This document shows positions 63,418 through 64,000 of a stretch of 64,000 nt of DNA, in pieces. The DNA comes from an uncultured Clostridia bacterium (GTDB taxonomy: Bacteria; Bacillota; Clostridia; Christensenellales; UBA1242). A program made the translations under genes and the position numbers. The stretch covers positions 17,552 through 81,551 of the forward strand of contig CAKVHQ010000005.1 of assembly GCA_934749845.1 (NCBI GenBank), in the 5' to 3' direction. The notes below the pieces were generated by a model. It worked only from the letters and a program-made list of their open reading frames with translations, did not search any database and was not told the DNA's origin. Numbering within the stretch: position 1 is the stretch's first letter; each line of letters starts with the position of its first letter.

Positions 63418-64000
63418 ATGGAACAGGCATTATCAGTAACAACATTAAGTTCTTATTTAAAGCAAATACTTGATAATGATGGCCTATTATATAGAGTAAA
63501 AGTGCTTGGGGAAATTTCCTCAATCAACTTTTCAAACAATATTGCTTATTTTGGTCTTAAAGACGAGAATGCACTATTAAATTGTGTTGCGTTTGAAGGG
63601 CGAATATTAAGAGATTTTAAAATAGGCGATAAGGTAATTGTACAAGGCTCTCCAAACTATTACATTAAAGCGGGAAGGCTTTCGTTTAGCGTAGAGAATG
63701 TGACGCTATTTGGTGAAGGCGAAAACTATAAACAATTTTTACTATTAAAACAGAAGTTGGAAAGAGAAGGGCTTTTTGACTTGGACAGAAAGAAACCTTT
63801 TCCAAAACACATCAATAAAATTGGGGTTGTTACAAGCGAAACCGGTGCAGTTATTCAAGACATAATCAATATAACCAGAAGGCGAAACGGTCAAGTTGAT
63901 TTAGTTTTGTTTCCTGTTAAAGTTCAAGGTTTGCTTGCTGAAAATTCGATTGTGCGTGGAATTAACTACTTTAGCAACTCAAATGTCGATGCAATTATTG
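63418..64000 (+). CDS. xseA: Exodeoxyribonuclease VII large subunit, N-terminal part (runs off window)
   Basis: ATG 63418 abuts the nusB stop. MEQALSVTTLSSYLKQILDNDGLLYRVKVLGEISS... (OB fold), then IGVVTSETGAVIQDI. The frame is open to the window end. Confidence 0.85.
   Translation, partial: MEQALSVTTLSSYLKQILDNDGLLYRVKVLGEISSINFSNNIAYFGLKDENALLNCVAFEGRILRDFKIGDKVIVQGSPNYYIKAGRLSFSVENVTLFGEGENYKQFLLLKQKLEREGLFDLDRKKPFPKHINKIGVVTSETGAVIQDIINITRRRNGQVDLVLFPVKVQGLLAENSIVRGINYFSNSNVDAII

Overview
This is a 64-kb, visibly AT-rich core-genome segment from an endospore-forming Bacillota (Clostridia-like) organism. Of the 72 CDS I call, 70 are on the plus strand. The window joins several classic Firmicute housekeeping blocks. 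(1) tig (partial)-clpP-clpX-lon. (2) queA-tgt-yajC-(yrzE-like)-secD-secF-recJ-relA-hemZ. (3) rpsO-pnp. (4) ylxM-ffh-rpsP-khpA-(histidine phosphatase)-rimM-trmD-rbgA-yraN-rplS. (5) comM-dprA-topA-(2 unknowns)-trmFO-hslVU. (6) tcdA-trxA-nifS/nifU-like. (7) A small membrane ORF plus a DUF4116 protein. (8) ruvX-DUF1292, then an ABC-F ATPase. (9) rpsB-tsf-frr-uppS-cdsA-rseP-(PolC-like exonuclease)-nusA-ylxR-infB-rbfA-nrnA-truB-(nfo-like). (10) efp, a complete spoIIIAA-AH operon, and asp23-nusB-xseA (partial). I saw no rRNA, tRNA, CRISPR array, transposase, integrase, prophage or recognisable defence island. Gene order is streamlined: pyrH, dxr, proS, full-length polC, rimP, ylxQ, ribF, xerC/codY, accBC and folD are all absent from their usual positions. 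The observations most worth follow-up are listed here. (a) A polymerase-less PolC-like protein (N-domain, OB fold, intact exonuclease) sits in the polC slot. (b) A NifS/NifU-like pair has lost its catalytic Cys and most cluster ligands, and lies next to tcdA and trxA. (c) A short ARE-style ABC-F gene is preceded by a 5-codon uORF and an SD-sequestering hairpin. (d) Four small unknown proteins, in two separately promoted tandem pairs, are wedged into conserved operon junctions. (e) A long RSH (RelA-like) has a degenerate HD hydrolase domain. (f) An ~0.8-kb non-coding stretch after rplS holds two ~117-bp direct repeats, each carrying a terminator hairpin. (g) An orphan minus-strand 100-aa gene is driven by a perfect consensus promoter with phased 11-bp repeats. 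All calls come from manual reading and motif recognition. No database search was run.
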